This document shows, one piece after another, positions 38,942 through 53,198 of a stretch of 64,000 nt of DNA (its first letter is position 1; each line of letters begins with the position of its first letter). The notes beneath the pieces were generated by a model. That model ran no database searches. It worked only from the letters and a program-made list of their open reading frames with translations, and was not told the origin of the DNA. The stretch is from contig OZ024743.1 of NCBI GenBank assembly GCA_964016885.1, forward strand, positions 14,136,001 to 14,200,000. Reading direction: 5' to 3'. The DNA comes from Eledone cirrhosa. Lineage: Eukaryota. Both the position numbers and the translations under genes were made by a program.

Positions 38942-39234
38942 TATACCCATCTGCCAGATAGTTGAACGTTCGAAAGTATATACTTTCGTTATGAAAATTA
39001 ACGGCTGAGCAGCCTAATTTGCATATTGAGTGAGTTAAATCGTTCAGGCATACCGAAAACGATAAGTTGAAATAAAATGAAAACGAAATTTCATTTCTCA
39101 CTCTTAGTATGGCACTTACTTAAATGTAAGTATGTACGTATACGTAAATACATATATGTATACAGACGTACAGTAGCATGCATATATATATATATATATA
39201 TATATATGCGTGCATATATATATATGTGTACTTG

Positions 39235-39330
<96 letters not shown>

Positions 39331-39567
39331 TGCTACTGTACGTCTGTATACGTATATGTATGTACGTATACATACATACTTATATTTAAGTAAGTGCCAT
39401 ACTAAGAGTGAGAAATGAAATTTCGTTTTCATTTTATTTCAACTTATCGTTTTCGGTAAGCCTGACCTATTTAACTCACTCAATATGCAAATTAGGCTGC
39501 TCAGCCGTTAATTTTCATGAGGAAAGTATATACTTTCGAACGTTCAACTATCTGGCAGATGGGTATA

Positions 39568-39608
39568 CGGTGCTGATGATAGCTAACAAGCTTGAAACTA
39601 GTACCTCG
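39568..39608 (+). ncRNA. Minimal hammerhead ribozyme (one stem I mismatch)
   Basis: cggtg-CTGATGA-tagctaacaagctt-GAAA-ctag-TA-cctcg. Confidence 0.75.
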
Positions 39609-40032
39609 TTCCTGTGTCAGTGTTGAACAAAAAGGTGACGTGGTTGCCTTAACACCGTATGGCATAAATTCAGGCTGTTCAGTTTGATTACAAACGAACA
39701 AAGCGGCGTTATCATAAGCGTCCGCTAAACTGATGCGTGCATATATGTATGTGTACCTGTATGTATATATGTATATATATACATATATATATGCATGCTA
39801 CTGTACGTCTGTATACATATATGTATGTACGTATACATACATACTTTCATTTAAGTAAGTGCCATACTAAGAGTGAGAAATGAAATTTCGTTTTCATTTT
39901 ATTTCAACTTATCGTTTTGGGTATGCCTGACCGATTTAACTCACTCAATATGCAAATTAGGCTGCTCAGCCGTTAATTTTTATAAGGAAAGTATATACTT
40001 TCGAACGTTCAACTATCTGGCAGATGGGTATA

Positions 40033-40073
40033 CGGTGCTGATGATAGCTAACAAGCTTGAAACTAGTACATCG
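40033..40073 (+). ncRNA. Minimal type I hammerhead ribozyme (intact)
   Basis: cggtg-CTGATGA-tagctaacaagctt-GAAA-ctag-TA-catcg. Confidence 0.85.
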
Positions 40074-40230
40074 TTCCTGTGTCAGTGTTGAACAAAAAGG
40101 TGACGTGGTTGCCTTAACACCGTATGGCACAAATTCACGCTGTTCAGTTTGTTTACAAACGAACAAAGCGGCGTTATAATAAGCGTCCGCTAAACTGATG
40201 CGTGCATATATGTATGTGTACCTGTATGTA

Positions 40231-40302
<72 letters not shown>

Positions 40303-40528
40303 TGCTACTGTATGTCTGTATACATATATGTATGTACGTATACATACATACTTACATTTAAGTAAGTGCCATACTAAGAGTGAGAAATGAAATTTCGTTT
40401 TCATTTTATTTCAACTTATATATATATATATAATGTATATATATATATATATAAATATATGTATGTATATATATGTATATACATACATATATATATATAT
40501 GTAATACGCACACAGACACACACACATT

Positions 40529-40559
<31 letters not shown>

Positions 40560-40568
<9 letters not shown>

Positions 40569-40959
40569 TAAACAAATAATGAACAAACAATTCCTTATAT
40601 TAAACAAAAAAAGTTCACTATTTAACGATCGTTTCTAGGGTATATATGTGTTATAGTTGGTATGCATATTTAACAGATCTATGTACAAAATTATACAAAA
40701 TTATACAAATTATCAAGATTAAATATACATACCTAACTCATATATACGCCGTCTTCAGTTCTGAAGACGGCGTATATATGAGTTAGGTATGTATATTTAA
40801 TCTTGATAATTTGTATAATTTTGTATAATTTTGTACATAGATCTGTTAAATATGCATACCAACTATAACACATATATACCCTAGAAACGATCGTTAAATA
40901 GTGAACTTTTTTTGTTTAATATAAGGAATTGTTTGTTCATTATTTGTTTAATATTTTAT
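40560..40959. repeat. Perfect palindrome: 199-bp arms with a 2-nt spacer (TT, 40759-40760)
   Basis: 40560-40758 is the reverse complement of 40761-40959; no mismatch found by eye. Confidence 0.92.
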
Positions 40960-41264
40960 CTTGACTCTGTATACCGTTTATCTTTCACCGAAATTGGATT
41001 TTTATTACATCTCTTCTTTCCATGATATCCGGAATACATTGAGTTCTTCATACGGATTGGACACTACCGTAAACTCTTGGTAGATTTATCTACATATATA
41101 TATATATATATATTAATTTCAAGAGAGTCAGTATTCCGTGTGTCATAATTCTCGATATTCATAGGTTTCAAACGACTCCGCCCACCTCAACGACGCCAAA
41201 CTTAAATTAATATGCATAATGCCAATGAGGGAGTGAGAGGGGAGAGTGTGAACGCTGTGTTCAA

Positions 41265-41935
41265 TAACTATTAACATATGTGCGTGTGTATGTACGTGCG
41301 CGTATGTTTATGTGTGTGTGCGTGCGTACAGCGTTTCACAGAAAGAAAAAATTATCAACATGAGTGAGTGTGTGCGTGTGTAAGTTTGTGTGTGTGTGCG
41401 CGTTTCCATGCGTGTATGTGTGTGGCGTTCCACAATTGCCACGCAGTTTACCTGTCTGTGTGCCTGTCTGTCAGTCTGACATACACAGAGTTGTGAAGGG
41501 AGTAAATCGGGACCTTTCATTACATTGACGGACATCTTTTATATTTATTATTGTGTCATTTTTTATACAGTATGTATATATGTCAGTGTAGAGATATGTG
41601 TGTGTGTGTGATGTGTGTAGAAATAAGAGGGGAAGGAAAGCAATAACTATTAACATGTGTGCGTGTGTATGTACGTGCGCGTATGTTTATGTGTGTGTGC
41701 GTGCGTGCAACGTTTCACAGAAAGTAAAAACTATCAACATGTGTGAGTGTGTGCGTGTGAAAGTTTGCGTGCGTTCCGCGTTTCCATGCATGTATGTGTG
41801 TGGCGTTCCACAATCGCCACGCAGTTTATCTGTCTGTGTGCCTGTCTGTCAGTCTAACATACATAGAGTTGCGATGGGAGTAAATAGAGACCTTTCTTTA
41901 CATTAACTGACATCTTTTATATTTATTATTGTGTA
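41265..41935 (+). repeat. Direct repeat pair (~295-bp unit, ~378-bp spacing) upstream of the Helitron ORF
   Basis: caataactattaaca..tttatatttattattgtgt occurs at about 41263-41556 and 41641-41935. Confidence 0.8.
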
Positions 41936-41956
41936 ATATTTTGACAATTGCTCGAA

Positions 41957-44900
41957 ATGAATACTGATAATAAAAGCAATTCGACTTTATGAAACAGTGA
42001 ACTACAGCGGCGACGGCGTGCAATGAAGAAAAACGGGCCGAACAGCGCCATCGGAACACCGAACTTCAGAGGCGAAGACCGGGTGCCATGAATGAAGAGG
42101 AGCTGGCTGAATAACGCCAACGAAACACTGGAGGCAAGCAGAGCCGGCGTGCTGCGATGGTTAAAGACGAACTGGCTGAGTATCATCAGCAAATAACCAC
42201 AATTCAGCAGCAACCGCGTGCTGCGATGGATGAAGAGAAGCTGGCTGAACAGCGCCAGCGCAATACAGAAGTTCAAAGAATGTGTCGCCAAAGTGCTCCT
42301 CATTCCAGTAAAGAGACTAGAAGGCGAACGAATGATATTAAAAATGGATCATGGCAACCGTGTCATTTTCAGATTGGTGGACGAGCAGCGTGTCCAAATT
42401 GTGGTGCATTGCTTTGGAGCCACGAAAAGACATGGACCACAATGTGCTGTCATAAAGGAGCAGTTCAACTAGAACCATTGCGAATGCCGGATGATGTGGA
42501 GTCACCGGAGTTTAAAATACTAAGTTTGTGGGGTGATCAGGGAAACCGAGACAGATTACTACGCAAATATTCGCGGCAAATTAATAATTCATTAGCTTTA
42601 ACATCGCAGAGAGTTAGTGAGATGTTTGAGAGTGAAGCATGGCAACCGAATGTAGTCATTCAAGGCCGTTTGTATCATTGTATCGGTAATTTAGAAGTTA
42701 CCCCTGGAGAGAGGCCTCGATTCTCTCAAATTTACGTTAACGATCCAGATTACAGTGAATCGGAGGAGGATATCAGGATCGGTTGTCTGAAGTTGCCGGC
42801 AAATATAACTGAACTTGAACGGCAAAGGTTAAGTGATTTGATCCGTGATTTACAATCATGGCTTAGACAGTGTAATCCTTATGTTATGGATTTCATGTTG
42901 GTGGCAGAACTGCAAAATTTCCAGCAGCAAACATTGGTTATTAAGGCTGACGCAGTGCCAAGGAACCAACACGAATGGCGATATAATGCCCCTGAAGGAT
43001 TTCGTGTAGTTGCTATGTTGATGGACGATAAACCTGGATCGAGAGATATCGTCCTCAATCGCAGAGATGGTAGTCTCAAGACTATCAATGAGTCAAATAG
43101 GGCATACGATCCATTGTATTATGTTCTTTTATTCCCAAAAGATGAACATGGATGGAACATGTCTGTTCATTTAGATGATCATGAGAATCAGCATCAACAT
43201 GGAGGTGGCAATAGACACAATAATTCGATTCGCGACTTTTACGCGTTCCATTTGAACGAGAGGAATCAACAGAGAAATGCACTATTTCAAGCCAGCAGAT
43301 TGTTCCAGGAATACTGTTGTATGGCATTCGCAAAGATCGAAAATCAAAGGCTAAATTATATAGCTACACATCAGCAACATATCAGAGCTGAATTGTATAA
43401 TTATATACAGGATGCGATAAAACCGATGATGCCAATTACAAGCAAATTGGTCGACTCATCATTATGCCATCGTCGTTCATCGGTGGCTCGAGATATATGA
43501 ATATTCGCTATCATGATGCAATGGCTATTGTCAGAAAGTTTGGAAAGCCAGATTTATTTATAACGGTTACATGCAATCCTGAATGGACTGATATTAAGGA
43601 TTCACTTTTGCCAGAGCAACAACCAAAGGACCGTCCTGATATTGTGGCAAGAGTATTCAAAGGATATCTGAAGAAGATAATGGATGATGTAGAAAATGAG
43701 GGAATCTTTGGAGGTATAGTTGCTTTTACATACGTAATTGAATTCCAAAAAAGAGGATTGCCACATGCACATTTGCTGATCATTTTACATAGAGATTGAG
43801 ATGTGCTGAGAATGTCGACAGCATTGTGTGTGCTGAACTGCCGGAGAATGAGGCACTACGCAACTTGGTGGCAAAGTCAATGGTGCACAACCAATGCGGA
43901 GTGGCAAATCGGAAAGCGCCTTGCATGAAAAATGGCCAATGTAGTAAGCGCTTTCCGAAATTTTTTGTCACGAACACTTCTGGAACGATGGGGATGCTCA
44001 TCCCTCATACAGAAGATGGTCGCCTGCAGATGGCGGTTTGGTCGAAAATGTAAACGGTCGACAGGTTACAAATCAAAGGGTTGTGCCATACAATCGATAT
44101 TTGATTATGAAATATCGTTGTCATATTAATGTGGAAATTTGTAGCTCAGTGAAAGCTTGCTAATATCTATTCAAATATGTTTACATTGATTGGGCAATGA
44201 TCAATGTCAGGAATGAGGAAGCGAACCGGGGAGATGAAGTTGGTAAATTCCAGGATGTACGCTCGATTGGATCTAGCGAAGCTTGCTGGAGATTGTTCGA
44301 TTTTGATCTCAATGAACCCAAACCCAGCGTTCAGAGTCTGACGGTTCACTTAGAGAATATGCAAATGGTCTGTTTCCAGGACACTAGAAGAGATGTCGAA
44401 AGAATTGCTAAAGCACCACCTCCTAAGACGGAACTGACTGAGTGGTTCAAGCATAATAGGGAACATGCTTTGAACCCGGATCAAAGGCAACTCTAGTGCG
44501 ATTTCCATTCGCACTATACGTGAGATAAGAAGGGAAAGAAATGGAATGATATAAAACAAAAGTTGAGATTCATGACTATTGGACGGGTTTGTAATGTCCA
44601 TCCAGCATCTGGTGATGTGTTTTATCTCCGAATTCTGTTGCATAATGATTTTTCGAGAGGTAAGCAGAGCTTCGCTGATTTGAAAACAATCAATGGCGTG
44701 GAATATGAGACATACCAGGCTGTATGTCAACATCTGGGACTCCTTCAGGATGACGCTGAATGGAATAACGCAATGAAAGCTGCAGCAACAATACAGATGC
44801 CAGCTCAAATAAGGCAGTTGTATCTCACGATTCTAGGATTCTGCAATCCTGCCGATCCAAGAGAGTTATTTGAACGCGATTGGGGAATTATGGCTGATGG

Positions 44901-46500
44901 TTTTAGGCATCATCTTCAAGTCGATGATGAAAATTTAATGAAAGCTATTGTTTTGCTTAATATTGAGCAACTGCTAGAAGTTCATTTCAAATGTTTAACA
45001 GATTTCAATTTGCCAATTCCTGATGAAGAAATGCGGCAACGTGTCTTAGCATTGAACATGAGATTGCAGCTTAGACGGTTGCCACTCGATCGGAGGGAAC
45101 TATTCCAGTTGGATCCACTGGAACAGCAACGTAATGTTGACCCAATCTCAGAGAGAATTGGTCGATGGCGTTCTCCACTCGATTTCCACTAATGAGCAAC
45201 TTTGTGCTTTCATAGATGCTCCAGGAGGCACGGGAAAGATATTCTGCTTCAACACTATGTTATCGGCAGTCAGAGCTCAGAGGAAGATTTCTCTCCCTGT
45301 GACCACCAGTGGGATCGCTGCCACTTTGCTGATTGGTGGAAGGACCTTCCACTCATGCTTCAAGGCTCCATTGGCTCCGCATCAGTTGAGTGTCTGTAAC
45401 ATTACAGGACAAAGTGAACTCGCGGGCCTTTTACATAATATGTCTCTGATTATTTGGGACGCGGCTCCAATGGCACACAGATATTTGCTGGAGACATTGG
45501 ACAGAACTTTGAGAGATATCTGCGGTAGTGACCTGCCATTCGGTGGTAAGACTATCGTTCTTGGTGGTGATTTCAGACAGGTGCTACCAATTGTTAGGAA
45601 TTCTCAAAGAGCGCAAATGGTCGATGTATGTCTGAAAAAGACCCCGTTGTGCGGCCATTTCAGAGTTTTGCGATTAACAATAATATGCGACTTCGTATGT
45701 TCGGGCAAAACGAAGAGGCTGAGACATACGGCCGATGGTTGATGCAGTTGGGAAACGATGAATTGCCACACGTCAGTGATAATCAGACTGTAAGAATCCC
45801 AGACCATTTGGACCACCAAGCATTGATTGACTGGGTGTTCCCTAATTTGAATGCTTTTTGGCAGAATATCTCCTGCATATCGGAACGCGTTATTCTAACT
45901 CATACGAATGCAACGGTCGATGAAATAAATTCACAAGTAGCCGGAATGTTTCCTGGAGAGGAATGGTTGACCGTCAGTGCGGATGCAATGGAGCCTAATC
46001 AGCAGAACAATATGGATGTTCCGAATGAGTATATGAATTTACTTCAAATACCCGGATTTCCCCCACATATTTTGAGGTTGAAAAAGGGTATGCCGATTAT
46101 ATTGCTTAGAAATACCAATAATAAAATGGGTCTTTGCAATGGTCCCAGATTGATTGTTGAGAGATTGATTAACGGAAGAGTTTTAGAAGCTAAACTGCCA
46201 GGCAGAGAGGAATCGGTTCTCATTCCAAGGATCATGCTGAGACCAAGTGAAGATCTGCTGCCATTAATTTGGCAAAAGAGACAGTTTCCCGTCAATTTGG
46301 CCTACTCCATGACTGTCAACAAGGCACAGGGACAGACTTTCAATGATCCAGCATTCAGCCATGAGCAAGTGTATGTTGCTGCATTTCGAGTGTACGATCC
46401 TGATGGTATAAACTTTGAAATTTATACCACTAACAGAGGAGCAAACCAGGATATTGTCTATAATGAAGCTTTGAGCTTCATATCTTTAATGCTATTGTAG
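41957..46500 (+). pseudogene. Helitron Rep (HUH) / PIF1-family helicase, multiply frameshifted
   Basis: CPNCGA..MCCHKG, FSQIY, AYDPLYYVLLFP, PSSFIGG.RYM, GKPDLFITVTCNPEW, YVIEFQKRGLPHAHLLI, YLFKYV, DAPGGTGK, GGRTFHS.FK, GGDFRQVLP, LCNG.RL, RQFPVNLAYSMTVNKAQGQT. Confidence 0.93.
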
Positions 46501-47009
46501 CAAGAGTTGCCTCCCTTGGTATGACGATCACATCAGCAGCAGCGCTGGTACAAATGGGGAAGCTTGACTGCATTGTCCGAAGAAAGCAGACGTCAATAGC
46601 TTCGCTCTGGCGATTAACCACGTGATGGGATCCCCACCATGGGACCTTCACGTGTTAATCACTGCAGTCCTTTCTTCGGAACATTAAACATTCCAGGTAT
46701 AACCAAAGCATTTATTCTTATTGTTATTGTTTGTATAACCAGTCTGATGAGCAGTCGACGAAGGAGCCCTGTCTGTAACTTCCATGAGTGACCTTAAACC
46801 AATTCCGCTGCGACACGGGTGCCCTATGTTGATACACAATAAAAACATTAATATATGTAAACCTAACATTATACTTTTTTTCCTTATTATACAGGTGCAT
46901 TGAGTGCTCCTATTGGTTCCACTACCACTATCTAATTTCATTCATTATCTTCAAATATCCGGAACTGGAACAGCCGAATATTGTGGTGCCATCCTAGACA
47001 CTTAGATCA

Positions 47010-47450
47010 TCAGCTACCGCCATAGCTTTCTGATCCGAAAAACGGTTACGGAAACTTTGACCTGTCAATACTTTGATGACGGAGCAAGTTATTTTTTGTC
47101 TGTCTCTTCCTCGCCCTCTGTCAACTATGCCTTAAAGTATAGTTTTAGACAAAATATCATGGCAGGTTACGTGACAATCTTAGGCAAGCTTCCATTTGAT
47201 CGCCTTCGCAAGAATTAGTTCCTCTCTTGCAGCATATTCCTTAAAATGTCACCTGCCATTCCTACGTGTTTTGTGATGTGTGCACAATGTATTATCGATG
47301 TCACTAAAACTTACAGTTTGAGCTTCGATGGAAAATTGGTGTTGCATTTACATATAATATTCAGCTTTGTCAATGCCATAATCTTCATTTGTGACCTGCC
47401 GTCCTTGGTTAGGATGGGTCCTCGTTATATTATGTATTCCACACCATGAG
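47010..47450 (-). mobile_element. Highly degenerate RTE-like LINE remnant
   Basis: Minus strand has remnants of EYIIY.G.ILTKDG.S and W..GHV.R-like motifs; no intact ORF. Confidence 0.35.
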
Positions 47451-47455
47451 TATAC

Positions 47456-47745
47456 GGCGTAGGACAGAACAAAGGAGTGGCACAAAACAAAGAAAATAAT
47501 CCCTAGTCACTGAAGAGGTCACAGGATGTGTGACGAAATAACTTTGACAATATATAGAACCAACCAATCAACCGGAAATTTATAAATTCTTAAATTTATA
47601 AATTTAATTTATAATAAATTGGAGTGAAGCGACTGGTGCGTGTGTTTCTTATTGGCAACATGACTCTCCCAAAGCATAACAGTATCGGTTTCAACACACG
47701 TTTTCAGATTAAGGATCGTGATAAACAAATTCCGAAAGGAAATAA
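47456..47745 (+). repeat. Solo 3' pLTR of the Naiad-like PLE, with HHR
   Basis: Homologous to 8697-9008; followed by (TA)n. Confidence 0.8.
47506..47548 (+). ncRNA. Minimal hammerhead ribozyme motif
   Basis: gtca-CTGAAGA-g-gtcaca-ggatg-tgtgac-GAAA-taac-TT-tgac. Confidence 0.65.
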
Positions 47746-47773
47746 ATATATATATATATATATATATGAAGTA

Positions 47774-47842
<69 letters not shown>

Positions 47843-47963
47843 CATATATATATATACCACTACTACTGCTACTACTACTACTAATACTACTACTATAAGT
47901 CATTTTACACGTAATTTCCGCCTTACGCACATGGTTATAACTACACACACACACGCCCCCCCC

Positions 47964-48009
<46 letters not shown>

Positions 48010-48133
48010 GTATGTATATTTAATAGTTTTTATAGACTGAATCTAGTGAAATCCTCCAAGATTCAAATTTACGTATTAAATTTGATTTCACTTGTTGAAA
48101 GTGCTCTCTTGAATACTAGTAATTTGAATTTCG

Positions 48134-48316
48134 ATTAGCAGTATCGGTAGAGGGTCGGACGCCATGCTTTGACGCATAGAGTTATCGCCCTTGCCATTCT
48201 GAGTTCAAATCCCGCCGAGGTTAACTTTGCCTTTCATCCTTACGCGGTCGATAAAATAAAGTACCAGTAATACACTGGATAGTTGCTGGCCTTGTGCCAA
48301 AAGTAGAAACAATTAA
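48134..48316 (+). mobile_element. tRNA-derived SINE
   Basis: A-box-like TAGCAGTATCGG, B-box GAGTTCAAATCC, and the body tttgcctttcatcctt..gtcgataaaataaagtaccag. Confidence 0.8.
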
Positions 48317-49021
48317 TTGAATAGAATACGTCTTAAGTGTAATAGTTGTTACCTCATACTAATTGTTTATATGCATTGAATTCACTTGCAAATTTAGTTT
48401 GTTAAGTGACTTTAGTTATACGCTGGATATTTATGATGGGTGTATATTTCTATTTATTTTGATTATTTTAGGTTTACTTTTCAGTAGTTTTATATGTTAT
48501 TAAAATTTGACAGAAAATGTTTCTTTCGAGAATATTTATATTCTGAACATCAAGGTTGTGAACTATGCACTTAGAAATTGATTTAATTCTCGATATTCGA
48601 ATGACATGTCGTTTAAAAATAATAATCATTGTAAATCCATTCTATCAATTATAATATAATTGTATGACATGTTCCTCAAAATATCGAACAATAATCTAAG
48701 ATTGCCAGTTAATACAGACCACGGAATTGTTGGTACTTTGACCAGTTATGTTATTCTCCAACAATTTTTTCATTACGTTGGATTCATGTTCGTAGATCGC
48801 ATTCTATTGCGTATCATTTACATAAGCATTCTCTTTTGTTTCTTTTTGCACTAATATTATAAATATTACATCAAATGATTTTTATTGATATTGTTTGGAA
48901 GTGTGTTTTCTTCGTTTTAATGTGTTTATATATTCCTTTATAATTGTATTTAATATTGTTAATGTTATTTTTAAGTAAGCGGTATCATAGTGGTAATTAT
49001 TGGCATTATTAATTGTATAAT

Positions 49022-49155
49022 TGGGCGGTGGATTGCCAGTATCGGAGGAGGGTCGGACGCCATGCTTTGCAGCAAGGTTAACTTTGCCTTTCATCCTTAC
49101 GGGATCGATAAAATAAAGTACAGTAATACACTTGTGCCAAAAGTAGAAACAATTA
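49022..49155 (+). mobile_element. Internally deleted SINE copy
   Basis: Head, body and tail match 48134-48316 with two deletions. Confidence 0.7.
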
Positions 49156-50002
49156 TTAATTGTATTATTGGTGTCACTGTTTTATCTTGTTTGAGTTAGC
49201 TTATTTTTGTATGCAAGTAGAGGTTAGTTTATTTCAGGTGACACTTGTATCCTTGGTTTTCTACATATATCTCCTGGAATAAATGTATCATCGTGGAAAG
49301 ATGCTAATAGAATGGATATAATTAGACGCAGTATATTACTCTTTGGTAGCAAAATGTCCTAAATACATTGGGATTACCCAGTAAGTTAACAAACTACGGC
49401 AATTAAATGGGAATCATTAAAACAGCTGATTTGATTTCATTTTAACCGCTCAGAAAACACTTTCTTCTCTATCTCTTTTACTGAATTTTATATAAACATT
49501 TTTCTCATTTCTTAAATTTCCTTTTCATGAGATTAATATATATGCATAACATTCTCTTGGATTATTATTACACTTTCTGGAAAAGATGAACTGATTTTAA
49601 ATTACAAATTAACGTAATTAAATGTAAAACACAGGCGTAATATTGATGTGTAGAGTGGACTTAATGGAACGAACGGATCAGAGAATAATAAAAAGCAAAA
49701 TTAACACAATAATATTAGATAGTTACTGCATATAAGAATGATAGTAGCTACTTAGTCATTTAATCACTAAATGGTAGAGACAGCTCTATATATAGAAGTG
49801 GAATATTGAGTAGAAATTATTTGGTTTTTCATTTCCATATCCCTCGCTTTCAAAGATGCTGGGTGTGATATTATCATTTTCGTAAAGCTCAGAAGACTTA
49901 TCTGTAATTTCGGGTCAAAAACTATGCACACACGCACACACACACACACATACACACACACACACACACACATACACACATATACACACGCGCGCGCGCA
50001 CG

Positions 50003-50052
<50 letters not shown>

Positions 50053-50074
50053 GATATATACACACACAAACAAA

Positions 50075-51775
50075 CTAAAGCAACGGGGAATCTCGTAGCA
50101 TTACTACAAAAATATCGCAATTGCCTAACCAGAAAAGAATTTGTATACATAGGCCATTTCAAATGAAAACAAGTACTTTTTTCGACTTTCCGAAGATCCA
50201 CAAATATAAATTCATACACGATGCCTGTGACACTTCGACTAAGAAATACATACAATTAACACCATAAGTCTTAAGATTCACACCAATTATAGCAGGCCCA
50301 GCGGGTGAAACCCACAGACTTACAAACTTCCTGGACGTCCTACTAAAGCCCTTTCTAAAACATATACAGAGTTACATACGGGATAATCTTGATATGCTGA
50401 ACGACCTACCTAAAGCAGTAAGTGAAGACACAATTATTGTGTTCTTTGACGTAGAAAACATTTACACTAACATACCCCACAACTATGTAATAACGGCAAT
50501 CCAGCACTGGCTAGGCACACACCAATTAGAATACCAACACGCATCAAGAAATAAATTAATATTGACCGACTCCGATTTATCTTACAGAATAATTAGTTTA
50601 CTTTCAATGCTTCAACATACCGTCAAATATCAGGTACTGCAATAGGCACGAATGTAGGCCCCTCATACGTCAACTTAGTCATGGGATGCCACGTACAACA
50701 AATCTACAACCAATACCGTCTATTATTCGGACACTCTTTCCTTACACATTTAAAAACAATTGGAAGAGATACCTACACGATTGCTTTATACTATGGCCGG
50801 AAACCATGAATAAATTCAGTTTGCAAAAATATGATAAACAACATAAACAATAACATACAATTCACAATGGAATCCAACTCCAAGGCATTAGCCTTCTTGG
50901 ATATCCTTATTGTAAAAAGAGATGGGAAAATATAAACAGACATCTTTTATAAACCCACGGACTCCAAACAGTACCTCCTCTTCACATCAAGCCACCCAAA
51001 ACATACAAAACGTAACATTCCTTTTAACTTAGCTAAACCTATATGCACCATAGTATCAGACACAACTAGACGGGAACAAGACTAAATGAACTAAAAACAC
51101 ACTTACCGTAAGAGCCTTCCCACTTCACATAATTAATAACGGAATAGATAGAGAAAAACAGGTAAAGTTTCATAAACTTAACAATCCAAAGCACAGAACT
51201 AAGAAAGATACCTTACCATATGTATCTACCTTCAACTCCAGAAACACAGAAATGTTCGGCCTCATATACAAAAACATCCCCATTCTATGATGAAAAATGT
51301 AAAAAGTCCTAGAAACATACAAGATCGTTAAACGTAAAAGGCAACCCAAATCACTAAAACACAATCTCGCTGTAACAAGGCAACCTTCAACCCTACGGTA
51401 ACAAAATGCGGAAGAATAAACTGTTGCAAATGCCCATACATAATTGCAGGACAGAAATTCAGAATTAAAGATGGCAAAAGAACTTCACTTATATATCAGA
51501 GAACCTGATCTACGTAATCACATGCGCTGGTGTCAACATAACTGTATAGGAGAGATGCGTGTGTCATTACGCAAAAAGAATGACCATCCATCTCCAACAA
51601 ATCCGAGACGAAAACACAACAAAAAATCCCTTCAGTAGCCACATTGCAGATTGTGCAGGAATGACCCAATCCAACTTTAAAATCATCACTATTTAACGGG
51701 CTTAGATTTTATCATACAACAGCACAGAATAAATAAAGAAAAACGATGTCTTAACATATTAAAACCCATAAGGCA
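50075..51775 (+). mobile_element. Heavily decayed Neptune-like PLE (RT + GIY-YIG)
   Basis: Broken frames give LPKIHK, PIIAGPAGETHRLTNFLDVLLKPFLKHI, FFDVENIYTNIPH, QISGTAIGT, YKPTDSKQYLLFTSSHPKHTKRNIPFNLA and KRQPKSLK, collinear with 11586-13400. Lies between TA/CA microsatellites. Confidence 0.85.
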
Positions 51776-51874
51776 TACACATATACAGAGAGATCGATAT
51801 ATTTGCACACATACACGTGTGTTTGTATGAATATATATACACACATACACACACACAGACACACACACACACCC

Positions 51875-51942
<68 letters not shown>

Positions 51943-52037
51943 AACCCATCAATTATACTATACTCTGTTTTTTAATTACCCACCACAAAAATACCTGTGA
52001 CAAATAAACAAACTAAACCATGCACATACACACACGC

Positions 52038-52071
<34 letters not shown>

Positions 52072-52321
52072 ATGTGTGAGAGCGCCCCACACTTACATAT
52101 ATTTATATACAGCATTCCACATACACAATCATACTCTCTAAACCATATTCCTGAAATAGAATTTATTTTACAAACGTATACATTTGACAATCCTACATAC
52201 CTTTCTCCCCTATAACAATCCGGCTTGGCCACCCCCATCTGAATCCTGACCAATCCTTTAAATAAGGTGTTTCCAATCCCACTCTCTCTGTTTCTCTCTC
52301 CCGCTATCTATCTATGTATTT

Positions 52322-52405
<84 letters not shown>

Positions 52406-52826
52406 GTGTTTGTTTGTATGAGTGTGTGTTAATTTCAAAGAGAGAGAGAGAAATTATGTATGTATACACGAACAGTTGCTTTTTCTGAGACTTTAGGCGC
52501 ACCAATAATCTTTGACGATATGTCTTATCTGATTATTTTATAAATCGTTGTGAAGCAGCAGCTGCAATTTACAATCATATTTTGGCTCGAGGAAGGAGAT
52601 TGGCAAACACACCAAAAATACACGTTATTTGACGGCGAATTGGAAATAATTAAAAAAGTAACGAAACTGAAATATACATATCATTACTGTTTCGTTTCCT
52701 TGAAAATTCATTTCTGGAACTGAGCAAATAATTCATCTACAAGCATCACCACACATGCACATATACACGCCCATACATACACACACACACACGCCCACAG
52801 ACGTATCCATTAGTCATAAGGATATT

Positions 52827-52935
<109 letters not shown>

Positions 52936-53198
52936 GCATATCTAATAGCATCCAATTCTATAGTATAAGAAAATCTACAAGGGAACATTCGTAGGCATGT
53001 TATCATACAAACGTTTATATCGATATAATGGCTTACACATATATATGTTTAAGCAACCATTCTGTTTGCACACATATATATGTTTGATACTTTTTTTGTG
53101 CAGTTGGGTGCATATATATTTACTATTTCTCACATTCACTCACTGCCTCGTTTCATGCCTCTCTCTTATGTATCTCCATATATATATATGTGTGTGTG

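Larger units (their letters stand above)
41089..46500 (+). mobile_element. Decayed autonomous Helitron (RepHel)
   Basis: Candidate A|TC start at 41089, subterminal direct repeats, and frameshifted Rep and PIF1 helicase ORFs. No 3' hairpin-CTRR end was found. Confidence 0.85.

Noticed and set aside
38414-40091. Repeated 72-aa ORF (MRNEISF..) in the tandem units
   Set aside because: It starts at GTG, has no recognisable domain and recurs only because the DNA unit is repeated. The HHR explains the unit better.
48134-48215. tRNA gene
   Set aside because: It has A and B boxes but no cloverleaf and continues into a repeated SINE body; it is a SINE head.
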